A DNA stretch of 64,000 bases from Paraspadella gotoi (GCA_051294375.1 CM119264.1:7504151-7568150); one strand, 5' to 3'; numbered from the stretch's first letter, positions 17,486-44,789 are shown. Notes: generated by a model from the letters alone, not told the origin. Numbers and translations are program-made.

Positions 17486-20368
17486 ATGGCGTCTCGGTTT
17501 CGCGCCGTGATCTGCGTCACGCTCGTCGCTTTCCTCTTCGGTCAGATTTTTTTTTCAATTTGTTGTTTAACAATGATTAAATCGGTTTATTTAAAGATTA
17601 TATATTTAAATAGTTTAAAACGTAGTTTCCAAGTTAATAATAAGGTCGGTTAGTGTATTCACAAGTTCAAAGACCAAACCTAAAATTAATTAGTTTTGAA
17701 TTTACTTCGTTGTGAAAATAAAAATCTTTTTCATCCTTAAACTTAACACCAACGAAAACTAAAGGAAAATAACGAATTAACTTCTATTTTAAAAAAAAAG
17801 GTTAATTATTTTAAAATATCATCAATATATAACTTCCCTTGTTCACTGAAATTCTCAAAATTGTTACTTTCTGATTTCCTTGGACCAGACTTTGCGATTT
17901 CCATGAGAGCTCGCCCCGATTCACCCAACTTGATCAATCAGAGCGGCGGCATGACGAGAGGCATCAATCGGCCCAGTAAAGGAGGCGGTGGAGGTGGCAT
18001 GGGCGGCCTCGGCGGCCTGGGTGGTGGCATGGGCAGCCTCGGCGGCCTGGGTGGTGGCATGGGAGGAGGCATGGGCGGCATGGCAGGAGGCATGGGTGGC
18101 ATGGGAGCCTTGGGTAATCTCGGCGCCTTATTAGGCGGCATGGGAGGCGGAAAAGGAGGTGGCATACTTGGTGCATCGGGCTCTTCGATTGCCGGTCTGG
18201 AGAAAATCATAAAATCGGTCACGTCACTGACAAAGGTTTGTTTGAAGTTTGATTTACGAGAATTTTTACTTATAATTATAATTATTCTTATAATTACTAA
18301 GTAAAAAAAATATAACTAAGCAATATCTTCTCATATCTAATCATATAGTACATAATGAATAGTGAATACTAAACAGTAAACATCACATATTCGGCCAAAT
18401 GTACATAATCCATTTCCCAGGAAGCGACGAAGATGTTCAGCGCGATTTTGCCTAAACTCCGCCAAGAGGGCGTTCAGTTCTACAAAGGGATCATGTCAGA
18501 GTTTCCCAACTTCGTGCAGAATGTGGAGCCTGAGATGAGAAGGATGATGCAGGATCTGAAGGAGCCCGCCAAGGTCCGCCTTCTGTTTTTGTAAAGTATA
18601 AGCAATTTTCGCAGGCCGCTTCCCTTGACCTTCTGTCCACAACAACTTTATCCCCTGATACTATATCCCCTTGTCGAAGTTTTTATCTCTCTCCATTTCA
18701 ATTTAGACCTTGAGACCTTAGCTTTTACCATTATATCATAACTTAATTTTAACCTGATCCATGATGATACTTGAGTATTTGAGTTTGACCTTTCAATCTC
18801 ATATTTATACTTAGAGCTTTCAACCTTACAGCAGATTCCGGCTCTATAATTCACTTTGTCGGTCCGTCGGTCCGCCCCCCCAATCTTGTCGGGCATTCAC
18901 TTATTTCATGTCAGAACATCTAATTATGATAAATTATGCAAAAAAAAGATGTCCGTCCGTCTGTCTGTCTGTCTGTCTGTCCGTCTTTCTGTCTGTCCGT
19001 CTGTCCCACCTTAGCAAAAAACACTAATTACTCGTGATTTTGTGTTTGAGCTGGAAATAAAGTTTTGATGGAATTGTCCGAGTGGAAATGAGTTAAAATG
19101 AAAAAACAAAAAAAATATATTTCACTTTTTGAACGCCAATGAATGAATGAATGAATGGGGCGATTGACTTCAAATTTGGTATGTGGGGAGGAAATTGTGG
19201 AATTCAGCAGGAAATAAAGTTTCAGTGGAATCGTCCAAGTGGAAATGAGTTAAAATGGAAAAAACAAACAATCTATTTCACTATTTTATTATGCTTTTTT
19301 ATTTTTATATTAAAAGTAAATTAAAGCTGCATTAATTAATTCTTAATAATTAAGTAATTAATTAATTATTAATAATTAAGTAATTAATTAATTATTAATT
19401 ATTTGTAATTAATTAATTAATTAATTTTGCGATCGAGATCGTTGTTTTGTGATTGAGAGGCTAGACAAAGTGGAAAACGATTTTGATACGAATAAAAAAA
19501 TTAATATTAATTAATTATCTGATCAGCTGCTTACCGTTAATGATCGTGGGCAGATCCGGCATTCTTTGCTCAAACTTGTTCTCTAACCCCATCTATGATC
19601 TTTCAATCACAACGGTGTCGCTTTGCTTTCTCCCCCTGAACAGGAACTTCTTCACATGATGGAGGCGATGTCGGAGCGAATTCACCGGGCGGAGTGGGGC
19701 ACCAACCTCGACTCCTACGAACGCGCCCTCACCTTCTGCCCGAGAGCCAACGTCTCTCTCTTCCTGGAGTCGACGATGTCGTCGGCGGACATGGAGGAAC
19801 AACTGACGCAGCAGTGCGTCGTCAAAGGATGCGACGGACACTTCGATCTCTGCTGTCCAGTTTTCATCAGCAACACCAGATTAGAGGTGAATATAGTGAA
19901 TATAATGGCACTTATAATTATAATTATAACACAATTATTCTTTTCTGACATTTAAGGCTAAATGCGTCTACAGCCACAAGAAGCACTGGGGAGTCTGTCC
20001 CGACGGAAAAGAACGCGCCAAATTTGATCAACCCGACGTTGAAGGGTTCTTCAACGACCCGACAAAGTTCCCCCAATGCAAGCAGGACTCTGACTGCGCC
20101 ATCAATGAAAAGTAAGAGAGTCTTTTTATAGGATTTGTCTTATCCAAGCTGTTTACTTGACACACTAATCAGAAAGTATGATGAAAAAATATATGTGAAT
20201 GAAGCGCCCCTGACGCACGATTTCGTTTGCAGATGCTGCACGAGCGACGCCTCCGGCCCCGCGGCGACCTGCGTGCCGGGTGTCGAAGACGCTAACAATA
20301 ATTACAGCACGGGAGTGGATTACGGTGACGGTCCGGATCCTCGCCCCGAGGGCCCTCCTCAAGAATGA
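17486..20368 (+). CDS. Secreted Gly/Met-rich protein with two 6-Cys WAP-like domains, 362 aa (paralogue 1)
   Basis: Exons 17486-17540, 17889-18235, 18421-18573, 19644-19886, 19957-20111 and 20233-20368. Signal peptide MASRFRAVICVTLVAFLFDFAIS, a GGM/GGL-rich block and an amphipathic helical region. Cys domains are FCP...C-x4-C-x6-CC...KCV and KHWGVCP...QCKQDSDCAINEKCC...TCVP. Confidence 0.88.
18825..19580 (+). mobile_element. HINE/DINE-1-like element in intron 3 of WAP-like paralogue 1
   Basis: Starts GCAGATTCCGGCTCTATAATTCACTTTGTCGGTCCGTCGG, contains (GTCY)n and (TAAT)n, and ends GATCGTGGGCAGATCCGGCATTCTTTGCTCAAACTTGTT. Confidence 0.8.
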
Positions 20369-21559
20369 AGATTAAAATGTGATCACAAATGGTGGTCTGC
20401 AGTAGAAGCCTTGTTTTAAGTTTTAATTTGTCTTTTACGTAAAACTGTAATTTTTCTCTCTATACTCTATAATCTTTTTACTTTTATTATTTTTAAATTT
20501 AATTTAAACGATCTCTTCTACTCCAGATCTCACAGATTCAAAACGTTTTTGCGTATCATTGCGCATTCACGTTTTTATTTCGTCCCTCGAATTCGAATCA
20601 ATTTTTTTACTTTCTTTTTTTTTTAACTTATTGCCGCGGGTTCATTGTTGCGTATCGTTTGACTTAATCTCTTGTTGCACTCTTGCGAATCACGATTAAA
20701 AAAAACTCTGACAAATCGAAAAATCTAATTCTTTCCTGCGTGAAATTTATAGTCAGCTGACTTCTGCATCAATGATGGGATTAAATAAATTTTTAGGTTG
20801 AGAACTGAAAGAAATCAAAATGATTTTGTTCATGGTTGAACGATGAACTTGATTTTGAAACAAACGAAGTGGCATGTATTTTTTAACATTGATTACGTAA
20901 CTTACTCTATCGTTGTGCGCGCTTGAGTGCAAGTGTAATTCGTATGAATGTACAATGTACATGGCGACCGTTTCAAAACCGCCACTAGACAAAATTCACC
21001 AAAGGAAAACATGAAGAGATTTTAATATTAAAATAAACTCCCTGCTTGATAGCATAATAAAATAATTTTGTCTTACTCTCTAGATGATTTATAATTTTTT
21101 AAAAAATATAATAATATTGATATTACCTAAAAGCCCTTAAAAAACTGCAAACTATGATTTATTTCTTCTTTCGGTAGTATAAAAAAAATCTTTGGAGGCC
21201 CAGTTGAAGTTATAAGATATATAATTATAATAATAATAATAATAATAATAATTATCTTTTTCCGCTCATTACGGATTCGAAACAAAATCAATTATGAAAA
21301 AGCAAAAATATTAAAATCTTTACATGTTTTTGTTCGGGTGAATTTTTTATAGCGGCGGGTTTTAAATGGTCACGATGTACTACCACGTGAGACAGTAAAT
21401 GAGGTTTAATTGCACACGACAATGCCCATTCAAGGGGAAATCTTTGTTCCCTTCTCGAGGTAAAAAAAAACACGTCTTCCCGACAAACAGCACGTCATCC
21501 CCGTCATTGTATTAATCCCGTGATCGACGAATACGTTGCGGACGTTGATGACGATAACT

Positions 21560-21595
<36 letters not shown>

Positions 21596-21851
21596 TGGCT
21601 ATTGAAAAAATGACGACGACGCGAGCGACGACGTTGACGCTGAAATCTACGATCAATCTCTAAATATATTTTTTTTTAATATTTCCTAAATATTCATCAA
21701 AGAAAAAGGTAAAAAAAACCATAACCGTTTCCCGTTCATTTGTTCCTAATTAATTCCATGATTTGATGAAATAGAAAACCGTTTCTTACGTTATTATTTA
21801 TTTTTGTTATAAAAAATAATAAAATTTTCAGCCACCGAACTTCGCGTCGAA

Positions 21852-23962
21852 ATGAAAGTGGGACTTTACGCGGCGATTCTAATCGGGATCGCCATCTTTG
21901 GTGAGAGATGCTTATTTGCTTATCCCGATTCAGATTCATATATCGGCTAAAGATCAAAGGACAAAAAAAAATTAAAACAAAAAGCTATAAGGAGAAATTA
22001 AAGCCTGTACACGTATTTTCGAGGGTAAAAGAGTTAAAAAATGATAGAAATAACTAAGGCCGGTTCCGTGAAAATTGTAGTTTATTCTTTCAACCGACAG
22101 ACGGCGCGGCGGCATTAACATCTGCCGGCGCGATCACCACCGGCATGAGAATCGGGCCCCCGAGTAGGTCCTCATCCACCGGAGGGAAATTGGACGAGAC
22201 GAACTTCGATTTAATCGCTGTGTTGGAAGATTCGTTAAAGAAAGCCGAGAAGAGTTTGAAAGTAATATAAAACTAATATAAAATTAAGATAAATTTCTTT
22301 TCTTTTTGTTTCGTGAAAGGAATGACTTGTTTTATTTTGTAAATTTTGTCAATGATTCACGATTCCTCTTTTTGAATACTAAAAAAAATATAAATAATAT
22401 TCAAGTTATAAAAAGGTAATCCTGTCCATCCCCCTGGCCCTAGAACGCGCCGCGCTATCTTCGGCGCAATCTTCCCAAGTGGCGAAAACATGCCGTTCGC
22501 GAATTCGGTCGCTACCTGGACAACCTTCCAAGCTACATGACCTACCTAACGCCCATGATGTCTCGCTGGACCGAACACATCAGGCACCGCGTCAACGAGC
22601 TCGTCCGCGAGGAGGCCCGAGAGGCGACTAGGCGGATGATGCAGGATGAAGGCGTGACCCTGGACCCCGTGGAAACTGCCGTTTCTTTCTGCCCGTTGGC
22701 CAACGTCTCCGCCGCCATGAATTGCGGCATGTGCTGGACCAAGTTGTCGACGATGCTGGCGGAGGAGTGCCCCGCCATTGGGTGCGGCGGACACCTGGAC
22801 GTCTGCTGCCCTGTCAGGGACAACACCACGGGAATATACGGGGTCACGGTATGATAAAAAAAACGAGAGAGTAAAAATTATATACTGTATATTGTATAAG
22901 TATAAAGTATGTACTGTTTACGAGATGTGATCACAAAATCAAATTTTTCAGGTTAAATGCCTCTACAGTCACAAACAGCACTGGGGCTCCTGTCCCGACG
23001 GGCGAACTCCGGCCAAATTCGGCCGCGACGACTTGGGCGATCTTTTCCGACATCCGGAGAGGTTTCCAGTCTGCAAACAAGACGCCGACTGCGCCGTCAC
23101 CGAAAAGTAAAAAAAGGAAAAAAATATCCCAAAATAATACGTGACTTTCGTCAAGCTGGCAGTCAATATATATGCGATTTTATTCGAATACAACAAGGTT
23201 GATTCAATACAATCATTATCAACAAACATAGACTAAGTCTGAGCAGACGAAAACATGAGAACATAGAGAAAAAAAACAATTAATTAAATAGAATTAATAA
23301 GTAAACAATTAAAAATTGTTCTTATAGAGTAAATCTTTGAGATAAAAGTTTTCCTACGATTAATACAAATTGTAAATAGGTCTTGGTATCCAAACATACT
23401 GATACTCCTAAGGTCTCCTACATTTCTCTAAACAGCCAGATTAAGTATGTTCATATTACATAAGGAAAAATATTTTACTTCACAACCATAAAGGGGAAGC
23501 GGAACGCAATTAGTATAAAATAATTTCATCAACAATTGCTCTGAAGGCTTAAACCAGGCTTTTAGTAAACAATTACTTAAAAGATACCAACTCTTTGCTT
23601 GGCTCAAACAAGCTGTCTCTTTCACTACTAAGGTTGAACCACAGATAAATTAGATATATGTCCATTTATAAAACTAATTCTATGCAATTACGCAAAAAAA
23701 AACGACCTTTGTAAACAACCTTGATTTTTCTTATTCTTCTTCAAGCCTCATTCTGTGAGTTAATCGGGCTAAAACCTTCAACCCTGCGTTTAAAATAGAA
23801 ACAATAATGAGGAGCGTTTATTTTTTCAGATGCTGTATGTCGGATGAAGCAGACGGTCCGATGGCAACCTGCGTTCGTGCCGTGGCAGCCGACTCCGACT
23901 TAGTCGACTACGACGAGGCGACCTCGAACAGCGCTGGAGGCGCTGACAGTCAAGCGGAGTAA
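21852..23962 (+). CDS. Secreted protein with two 6-Cys WAP-like domains, 300 aa (paralogue 2)
   Basis: Exons 21852-21900, 22101-22261, 22444-22848, 22952-23106 and 23830-23962. Signal MKVGLYAAILIGIAIFDGAAA; C-terminal half FCPLANVS...EECPAIGCGGHLDVCCPV...KCLYSHKQHWGSCPDG...FPVCKQDADCAVTEKCCMSDEADGPMATCVRAV. Shares intron phases and a 155-nt exon with paralogue 1. Confidence 0.88.
23290..23625 (-). mobile_element. Degenerate non-LTR retrotransposon (LINE) ORF2 C-terminal fragment in intron 4 of paralogue 2
   Basis: KPSEQLLMKLFYTNCVPLPLYGCEV...MNILNLAV followed by broken ...MFGYQDLFTICINRRKTF resembles the post-RT 'KLF...P.L.YGCEV' region of LINEs. Confidence 0.6.
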
Positions 23963-24888
23963 TAGAAGACCCTGAAAATAACCTTTCGCGGAAACGAGCT
24001 TTGGACGATTGCTGTGAAAAAAAAACACATCATAAAATCTTATAAATTATCTTTAAAATTATAATCTTTTGATACTTAGAAAATAATAATTAGGGCAATC
24101 ATAATTTATAGGTTTTAATTTAAGAAATCTTTCTAAAAATTCACTAAAAATTTAAAAGTTAAAGAGACAAAATGCACATCTTCGTCCTTGGTTTACTTTA
24201 CTTTAACATATATAACAGGCATATCTCTTTATTGTTGCGGTCCAAATGTTGTTGCATAAAATTTGACTTTTCTATTGCACTTCGGAAACACGATTTAAAG
24301 AAATCAAACAATATTTTTTTCTCGGAGAAGAAAAAACAACAGATGTTAAAATGTTAATTAAGTTAAGTTCCGAACTTAGTTATAAAGTTAACTTAACCTA
24401 AGGCTTAGGCTAAGACTAAGACTAAGACTAAGACTTAGGCTAAGTTCAAAAAATAGTAAGGGAATCTCTATCGAATTAAAACAGAAGAACAAGCTCGGCA
24501 GACGTCGCTAAAAACATGGAAAACGGGAAGAACGAACTGATGCCAACAAAAGAACGTGATCGAGAAACGAAAAGAAAATGTTAAAAAAAAAAAAAAAAAA
24601 ATTAAAGAATTAACAGATGATACTAAATATTTTTTGAGGGTTGAGCAATTATAAAAATTAGAATAAAAAGTTGTTAGGTATATATTAGTTAAACTGGATA
24701 TAGATAGGAAAGAATATTCTTAAATTTTAAGTTAAAACAATGATAGTTTGATAGTATTTGATTTGACATTTCAAAATTGCTCGGACGCCTTTAGTAATTT
24801 AGACCAACGCATACATACAATGAATTGGAGATAACTCGCCCGATTCTTAGTTTTTCCGTTTATTGTTCTCTCAAAAATATTTGTCAAA

Positions 24889-38297
<13,409 letters not shown>

Positions 38298-39494
38298 CTT
38301 TTACGCAAAAAAAAAAACTACGACAAATCAAATGATGAGAAAAAAATTTAAAGAAAAACGTTTTGAATTATTTATCAGGATTCCCAAAGGATCAAACAAT
38401 AAATCCCTTCGATTTTCTGAGAGGATTTTTAAAGAAAAACATTTCAATTTTCATTGAAGAAAAAAAGATTTTGAGAAAGGATCCTTACCTTGGAAACAGG
38501 TTTTTTTTTTGTATCAGGAAATGAAACAGGATTAAATATTAGCCCGTTTGTGTGTGTGAGAGAGAGTGGAAAAGAAAAAAGAGAGAAAGAGCGAGATAAA
38601 GAGAGACACAGACTTTTTTGAACATCAGATCCAAAAACTTATTATATAAACCTGAAGTAGGCTTAGTTCCGTAATTGAAACTTAAGAATAAAGAATTATT
38701 AAAATAAACCTTTTCGGAACAACTATCATATCTCTTTCTCTGTGGCTATAGAGACGAGTGGAAAGAGAGGATGAGATGTTAGTGATGAGTGAGAGTGAAG
38801 AGAATGAGAAGAGAGACCGAGAGTGAGAAAGAGAGAGAGAGAGAAAGAGATAAGGATGAGAGAGAGAGAGCGAGAAAAAGAGAGAAGAGAGAGAGAGAGA
38901 GAAAAAAAAGAGAGAGAGGAGAGAGAGAGAGAGAGAGAGAGGATGAAGAAGAGAGAGACGAGAGAGAGAGAGAGTTTAGTGAAGACTGCGTGAGTGAGTG
39001 ATGAGAGATGTAGGAGAGAGATGACGAGAGAGAGAGAGGAGAGAGGAGAAAGAGGAGAGCAGAGCCTGAGATTGTCTCTTTGACACCGAAATACTTGATT
39101 CGTTCCTGTTTTTTTTCGAAATCGACCAACACATCCGGACATCGAATAACTTCAAAGAGACGAGAGAGAGAGAGAGAGAGAGAGAATGAGAGTAGAGAGA
39201 GAGAGAAGACAGAGAGAGAGAGAGATTGCTCTAAGCGAAAATAAAGTTGAAAAACACAAAGTTAAGAAACAGAAATTGTTGCGACAGAAAGCGCTTGTTT
39301 CCTTCCCACGGAAAGTTATTATTGAAGGGAAGGTTATTATTTAAAGTCAGGTTCGTATGGATTCATCAAGTAATTAAGTCTTGAGCGGCGCCCGTTAATC
39401 AATTTTAATGACTTTTAGTCTCTTTTATGATTATTTTGTGTCGGCATTGCCTATAGGTCACCCCGCCCTATAAGCATTGACACCTTAAGTTTTA

Positions 39495-39690
39495 CCGTTG
39501 GCTCATTGAGTAAGCCATCAGCTCATGACCACTAGGTACCGGGTTCATCCCACCCGCGAGTACCCCTACCCTGTGGGAAAAGCGTTGAGGACGGCCCGTA
39601 AGCCGCCTTGGGGCGTGGCAACCCCTCAAGCCTGGTTCCAAGCCCAGGACTTATTCCATGGCTACTTAAGGGAGTTATAGAAGTTACGGA
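39495..39690 (+). mobile_element. Possible tRNA-derived SINE
   Basis: A-box-like TGGCTCATTGAGT and B-box-like GGTTCATCCC followed by a GC-rich body, in AT-rich flanks. Confidence 0.4.
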
Positions 39691-40629
39691 TAGTTCATCT
39701 TCTGCCCACTTAGCGCCTTATCACAATTTTATGCTTTCTTTTCTTATATTAGACTTCGATTATTTCAATTTTGCTTGCTTGTTAGCTTGCTGATATGTTT
39801 CTTTTCTTTCTTTTTTTCTTTCTTTCGCTTTCTTCTTTCTTTCTTTCTTTCTTTCTTTCTTCTTCTTTTCTTTCTTCTTCTTATTTCTTTCTTCTTTTCT
39901 TAATTTTTTCTCTGATTGTTTCATTACTTTTCTTATCTTTCTCCTCCATTTCCTTTCTTTCTTTCCTCCTCTTCTCTCCTTTTCCAGTCGTGGAAAAACA
40001 AGTTGGATTCTTTATTTTTTCATCCTATTTTTTTCCCTCTCATCTTTTGTTTCCTCCTTTTTGTGTCAATTCGGAAATTCATCTCTTTTCGTTTGCTTCC
40101 AAACCGCGAAACGCGCCCATTTTCTCTCCTAAGAATCTAACGCCTTTTGAGATTCAAAGTACATTCCTAACCCTCACCTTACCGTGTTAGAAACTACTTT
40201 CTCTTCCTCCTATTCCTCCTCTCTCCCTCCTCTCCTCCATGTCACCTCCAGGCGCCGTCTCGCCACCCACGCGCGCTCCTTTTTTTTTTTCCTTGACACC
40301 TGTTATCGTCATCTTGTTCTTTTTTGTTTTTTGTCTAAGTCAAAGTGTTGTTTTTCTTTTTTACATTTTTCATGGAACGTCCAGTTACTATTCTGTCCTA
40401 TGTAAATTCTGGTTACATACGGTTTGTTCGTAACTTGTACGTTTACTATATCGCTTCGTTATCGTTGTCAGGCACCATGACAATTCTCCTGTCTTTGTCA
40501 TCGTCGTCATTTTCGTCGTCGTCTTCTTCGATTTCTCCGGAAGTTGTGAACACAGGCGACCGACGCGTTTCCGTTTTGACAAGTTCGTAGATTCCCTCTC
40601 AGTCGGGACTCACTTTCTCTCTTCTCTCT

Positions 40630-40695
<66 letters not shown>

Positions 40696-40806
40696 TCTCT
40701 GTGAATATCTTCCCTAACACCTTCTATTTCAGTTTCTACTTCTGCCAAGTGTTTTGTCTTTTTGTTTGTCCCTTAAGTCTTTTTTTGCTTTTGCTTAATT
40801 TTCTCG

Positions 40807-40891
<85 letters not shown>

Positions 40892-43800
40892 CTCTCTCTT
40901 CCACGTCCCCTCCTCCTTCTCCCCATTCCTCGAAAACGTTCTCCGCCGTGCTGAGAAAATGAAAAGTTGTGATGTCGCCACCAACGCCGCCCGAATTATT
41001 GCTTCAATAAAATAAACGGGATCGAGCTCCGCGGCGACGGCGGCGGCGGCGGCGGCGGCGTGCGCTGGTTCCAGAAGAGCGGGGACGGGTTGGGTATCAA
41101 TTTCCGAAAAAAGTTATATTACGAAAAAAAAAAGAGTATTTTTCAACGACGAGAAATATCAGGAGGTAAGGTGTGAGAATAATAGTTGGTGAGGGATTTT
41201 ATTCTAACGGTAAATTGGCAACGGAGAAAAAGAGGAAGACTCATATCATAAAGGGTTTTTTCGAATAAAAGAAAATGATGGAATGTCTCATTGTCTATGA
41301 TTGTCTATGAAGAGTACGTTTACTTCGCATATACCGTAGAAAAGAACAGGAGGCAAGAATCCACTTGGGAGAGAGGTCAGAGGTCAAAAGAGTGAGGTCA
41401 TAGAAAAGGGAACCTTCGTGACTCAAGTCGTGACCAGGTGTAATTTATGCTCCACGATTTTCGCTCTTTCCGCTCTCTTTCTTTTTCATTCGTCACTTCC
41501 GCCTATTGGGCGACGATTTCTTTGCATTCACGTTTTTTTTTCATTTTCTTTTTTAGTTTCCCTATTAGTCAACTTTGCTTGTTGAAATAATATTTTGGTT
41601 CAGTCAGGTTATCCGATTTTAGCAGCAAATATTATTAGCCGGTACGTCAGATCTTCTGTCAGTGTTCTAAGAAATTGCCTAAGGCTTATTAAAAGGATAT
41701 GAGAGAATAAAAAAGCTTTTAAAAAAAGAACAATTGTATGAAAAGAGTATAAAATCATTATTTTATGAGAATAAAAACCCTCACAAAAAAAAAGAAAATT
41801 AATTATTTGACTGCTTTCAGAAATCAACGTTCAATGCGATATAGTGAGAAAAAGATAAAAAGAAAAAAAGATACAAAAAGGTAATAGTAATTTTTATGAA
41901 AATTTGCAAATTACTTGTTTTATATAATATTACATTTATTGTTATTATTAATTTGTGTTAAGATTGATAAATAAATAAATTGACTTACCAAACTTTTATA
42001 AGAGTTGGTCCAATTCTCTTTGTAATTGTTGGTTTTATTGCTTATCGCTAAAAATAGTTTATGAATATTTTTTAAAATTAAAAAAATAAAAAATCAAAAC
42101 TGGTTAAAAACTTATAGTATGTAGTGATTTTAGTTAATAATTTTTTTAAATAAATTTTTAACCTTTTATATTATTTAATTATTAGATTTTTATCAGTTAT
42201 AAATATATATCAATAGATTTCATAAAAATGTTCAGGAGTTTAATTGAAATATGAACAACCATAGTATTATAGTTTTTAATTTTTTTAAAAATTTTAATAA
42301 TAGCATAAGATTCTTACAAAGACGTCGCCACTCATCATCTCTTATCCTTTAAACCGTCAACCCATCACCCCATCACCCCATCACTCCATCAGCCCATCAG
42401 CCTTCCCCTGGGCGGCGTGTTCCTTTGAAACCCCGTCGCCCTTTCGATCCCAATTCCATCGAAAAACTCGGAGAAGATCGTTTGAAGGAATGACTCGTCG
42501 TCGTCGCCTTCGTCGTCGTAGTCGTCGCTGTCGTCGTCGTCGTTCGCGTCTATCGTCGTTATTATTTCCGCAACATTTGATGCAAAACTCTGTTGCGTTC
42601 GTCGAGGGGCCCATGAACGTGGGCGATAATATAGAGGAGGATGAGAAGGAGAAAAAAAGGTGAGTCCATTGGGGAGTACAATTTGTGAGCGAGGAAAGAA
42701 AAAGATCAAAAGAGAAGAGGCGGGTGAAAAGGGTGAAAAGGGTGACGTGGGGTAAAGGGAATAATGCGGGGTAGAGGAGGCTTGGGAGATCCTTAAGTCG
42801 TGAAGGCAAGAATTGAATTGTTCCTTTTATCTCTGGAACATTATCGAAAAGAGGAAGAACGCGCGTGTCCCATAATCTGCCCTCGATTCGTTCGGTCATC
42901 GAGTGTCGTTGTTTTTAAGGGTTCGTCTCGCGTCCGTCGGCTTTTCCGAGAAATGGATCTACTTTTTTTGAAAACTAATCTTGTTGTATTTTGTATGGAA
43001 ACAGATAAACTAGATGTTAAGTCTACGATGTTAAAAATACAACTAAAAATGTCATCTTAGATAGAAATACGTAAATAAATCGAAACGAACAATGTCAGCA
43101 ACGATATGACTTATTTATTGAATGAACGAACAATCTTTATTTCATTTTATGTAGTAAAGAGATAAGGTACGACGCTAAATCGTTTTAAATAGATTTCCTT
43201 GTAGGCCGTTTTTTTTCTCGTCGCCGCAATTTCGATTCGTCTCGAATAAACGGAAACACGGAAAGCGAATGTCGAGGAAAAGAGGAAAACAGAAAATGGG
43301 AGAAGAAAACAAGAGAAGAAAAAGGAAATTTATAAGGGTGGAGAGAGGAAAGGGGAGGAAGAGGAAAGAGGAAAACAGAAAATGGGAGAAGAAAACAAGA
43401 GAAGAAAAAGGAAATTTATTAGGGTGGAGAGAAGAAAGGGGAGGAAGAGGAAAGAGGAAAACAGAAAATGGGAGAAGAAAAAGGAGATTTAAATGGGTGG
43501 AGAGAGGAAAGAGAGGAAAGGGAGAAAGGAGAAAGAGAAAAGAAGAAAATGGGAGGAAAAAACGAGAAAAGAAAGAAATACGATTTACATGGGTGGAAAG
43601 AGGANNNNNNNNNNNNNACGGTGGAAGGTAGGAAGGGCGAATGGAGGTGTAGAGGGCTGGAGAAAGGCTGGCCGGGGCTGGTGCTGTGGATGTTTCCAGT
43701 ATCTCGTACCCAGCCTTGGGTATCAATGAAATAATGTTTGTATTTGAAAAAAAAAATCACTGTAAATTGAGAACCCGAGGGAGTTGACAGAAAACGCAAA

Positions 43801-44062
43801 AGAAAAAAAATGTTGAGCGTAAAAGAAAAATAGGGGAGTAGCCGTAGGAGTGGAATGGAGTGGAGCCAAACGAATGTTGAGAATGAAGTGGAGTCTCGTG
43901 TATAACATTGGAGACTTGGAGAGTGGAGGAGAAAGATGGAGAGAGAATATGAGAAAGGGTGAGAGAGAGTGAGAGGGTGAAAGGGTGACGTAGAAGAGCG
44001 CGTGATAAAAGTTTTAAAAGCCCCCAGACAATTGAAGAAATGGTGGGGGTTCCTCTCGTGAC

Positions 44063-44100
<38 letters not shown>

Positions 44101-44119
44101 GACGAGAGATAGGAGAGAG

Positions 44120-44157
<38 letters not shown>

Positions 44158-44701
44158 CATCAAAGAATAAAGAAAGGTCGTTGCTTCTTCGGAATTACAA
44201 CGATGACGTCACCACCGTCAGAGAAACATCGAGAGATTTTTGTCTTTCAAGTTGGGCGCCAACGAAAATATCCCTCGGATCTTTCTTAGAAACGAGACGC
44301 GTAACCAGGCTCAACTTTTCTTTCTTTAGCCTTCGCTGTTATATTTCGTCGTGGTTTCCAGACGCTTGACAATTTTCGCATCTCCCAGGATGGATGAAGG
44401 CAGTAACGACAGAAAAAGCCATAATAAATTTTTTTCTTCGAATATATATATTTATATGCAAGCGGTTCTTTTGTTTACTCGATTTCTTTCGTTCTTTTGA
44501 ATTCTTATATTTCGCAGAGGGATGAAGGGATGAAGAGAGAGTGAGACGGGATGAAAGATAGAGATGGAGATGAATAAAGAAAGAAACGGTTTCGAGCAAA
44601 GACGGATTGATCTCTCTGTTGTTGAGTTTCCGTTTCCAACTCATTTGAATTTTCGCAATTTCTCAAAGATTCCTGGAAACGACGAGAGAGAGAGAGATGA
44701 G

Positions 44702-44742
<41 letters not shown>

Positions 44743-44755
44743 AGAGAGAGAGAAG

Positions 44756-44789
<34 letters not shown>

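Noticed and set aside
17938-18222. Pro/Met-rich minus-strand ORF
   Set aside because: Antisense shadow of the Gly/Met-rich exon.
42400-42660. Possible continuation of the Cys-loop gene (A-FPWAACSF...) or acidic minus-strand ORF
   Set aside because: Cys spacing would be 10 rather than 13 and the frame runs into (CGT)n-derived poly-Arg. All frames are dominated by GTC/GAC microsatellite, so coding is unsupported.
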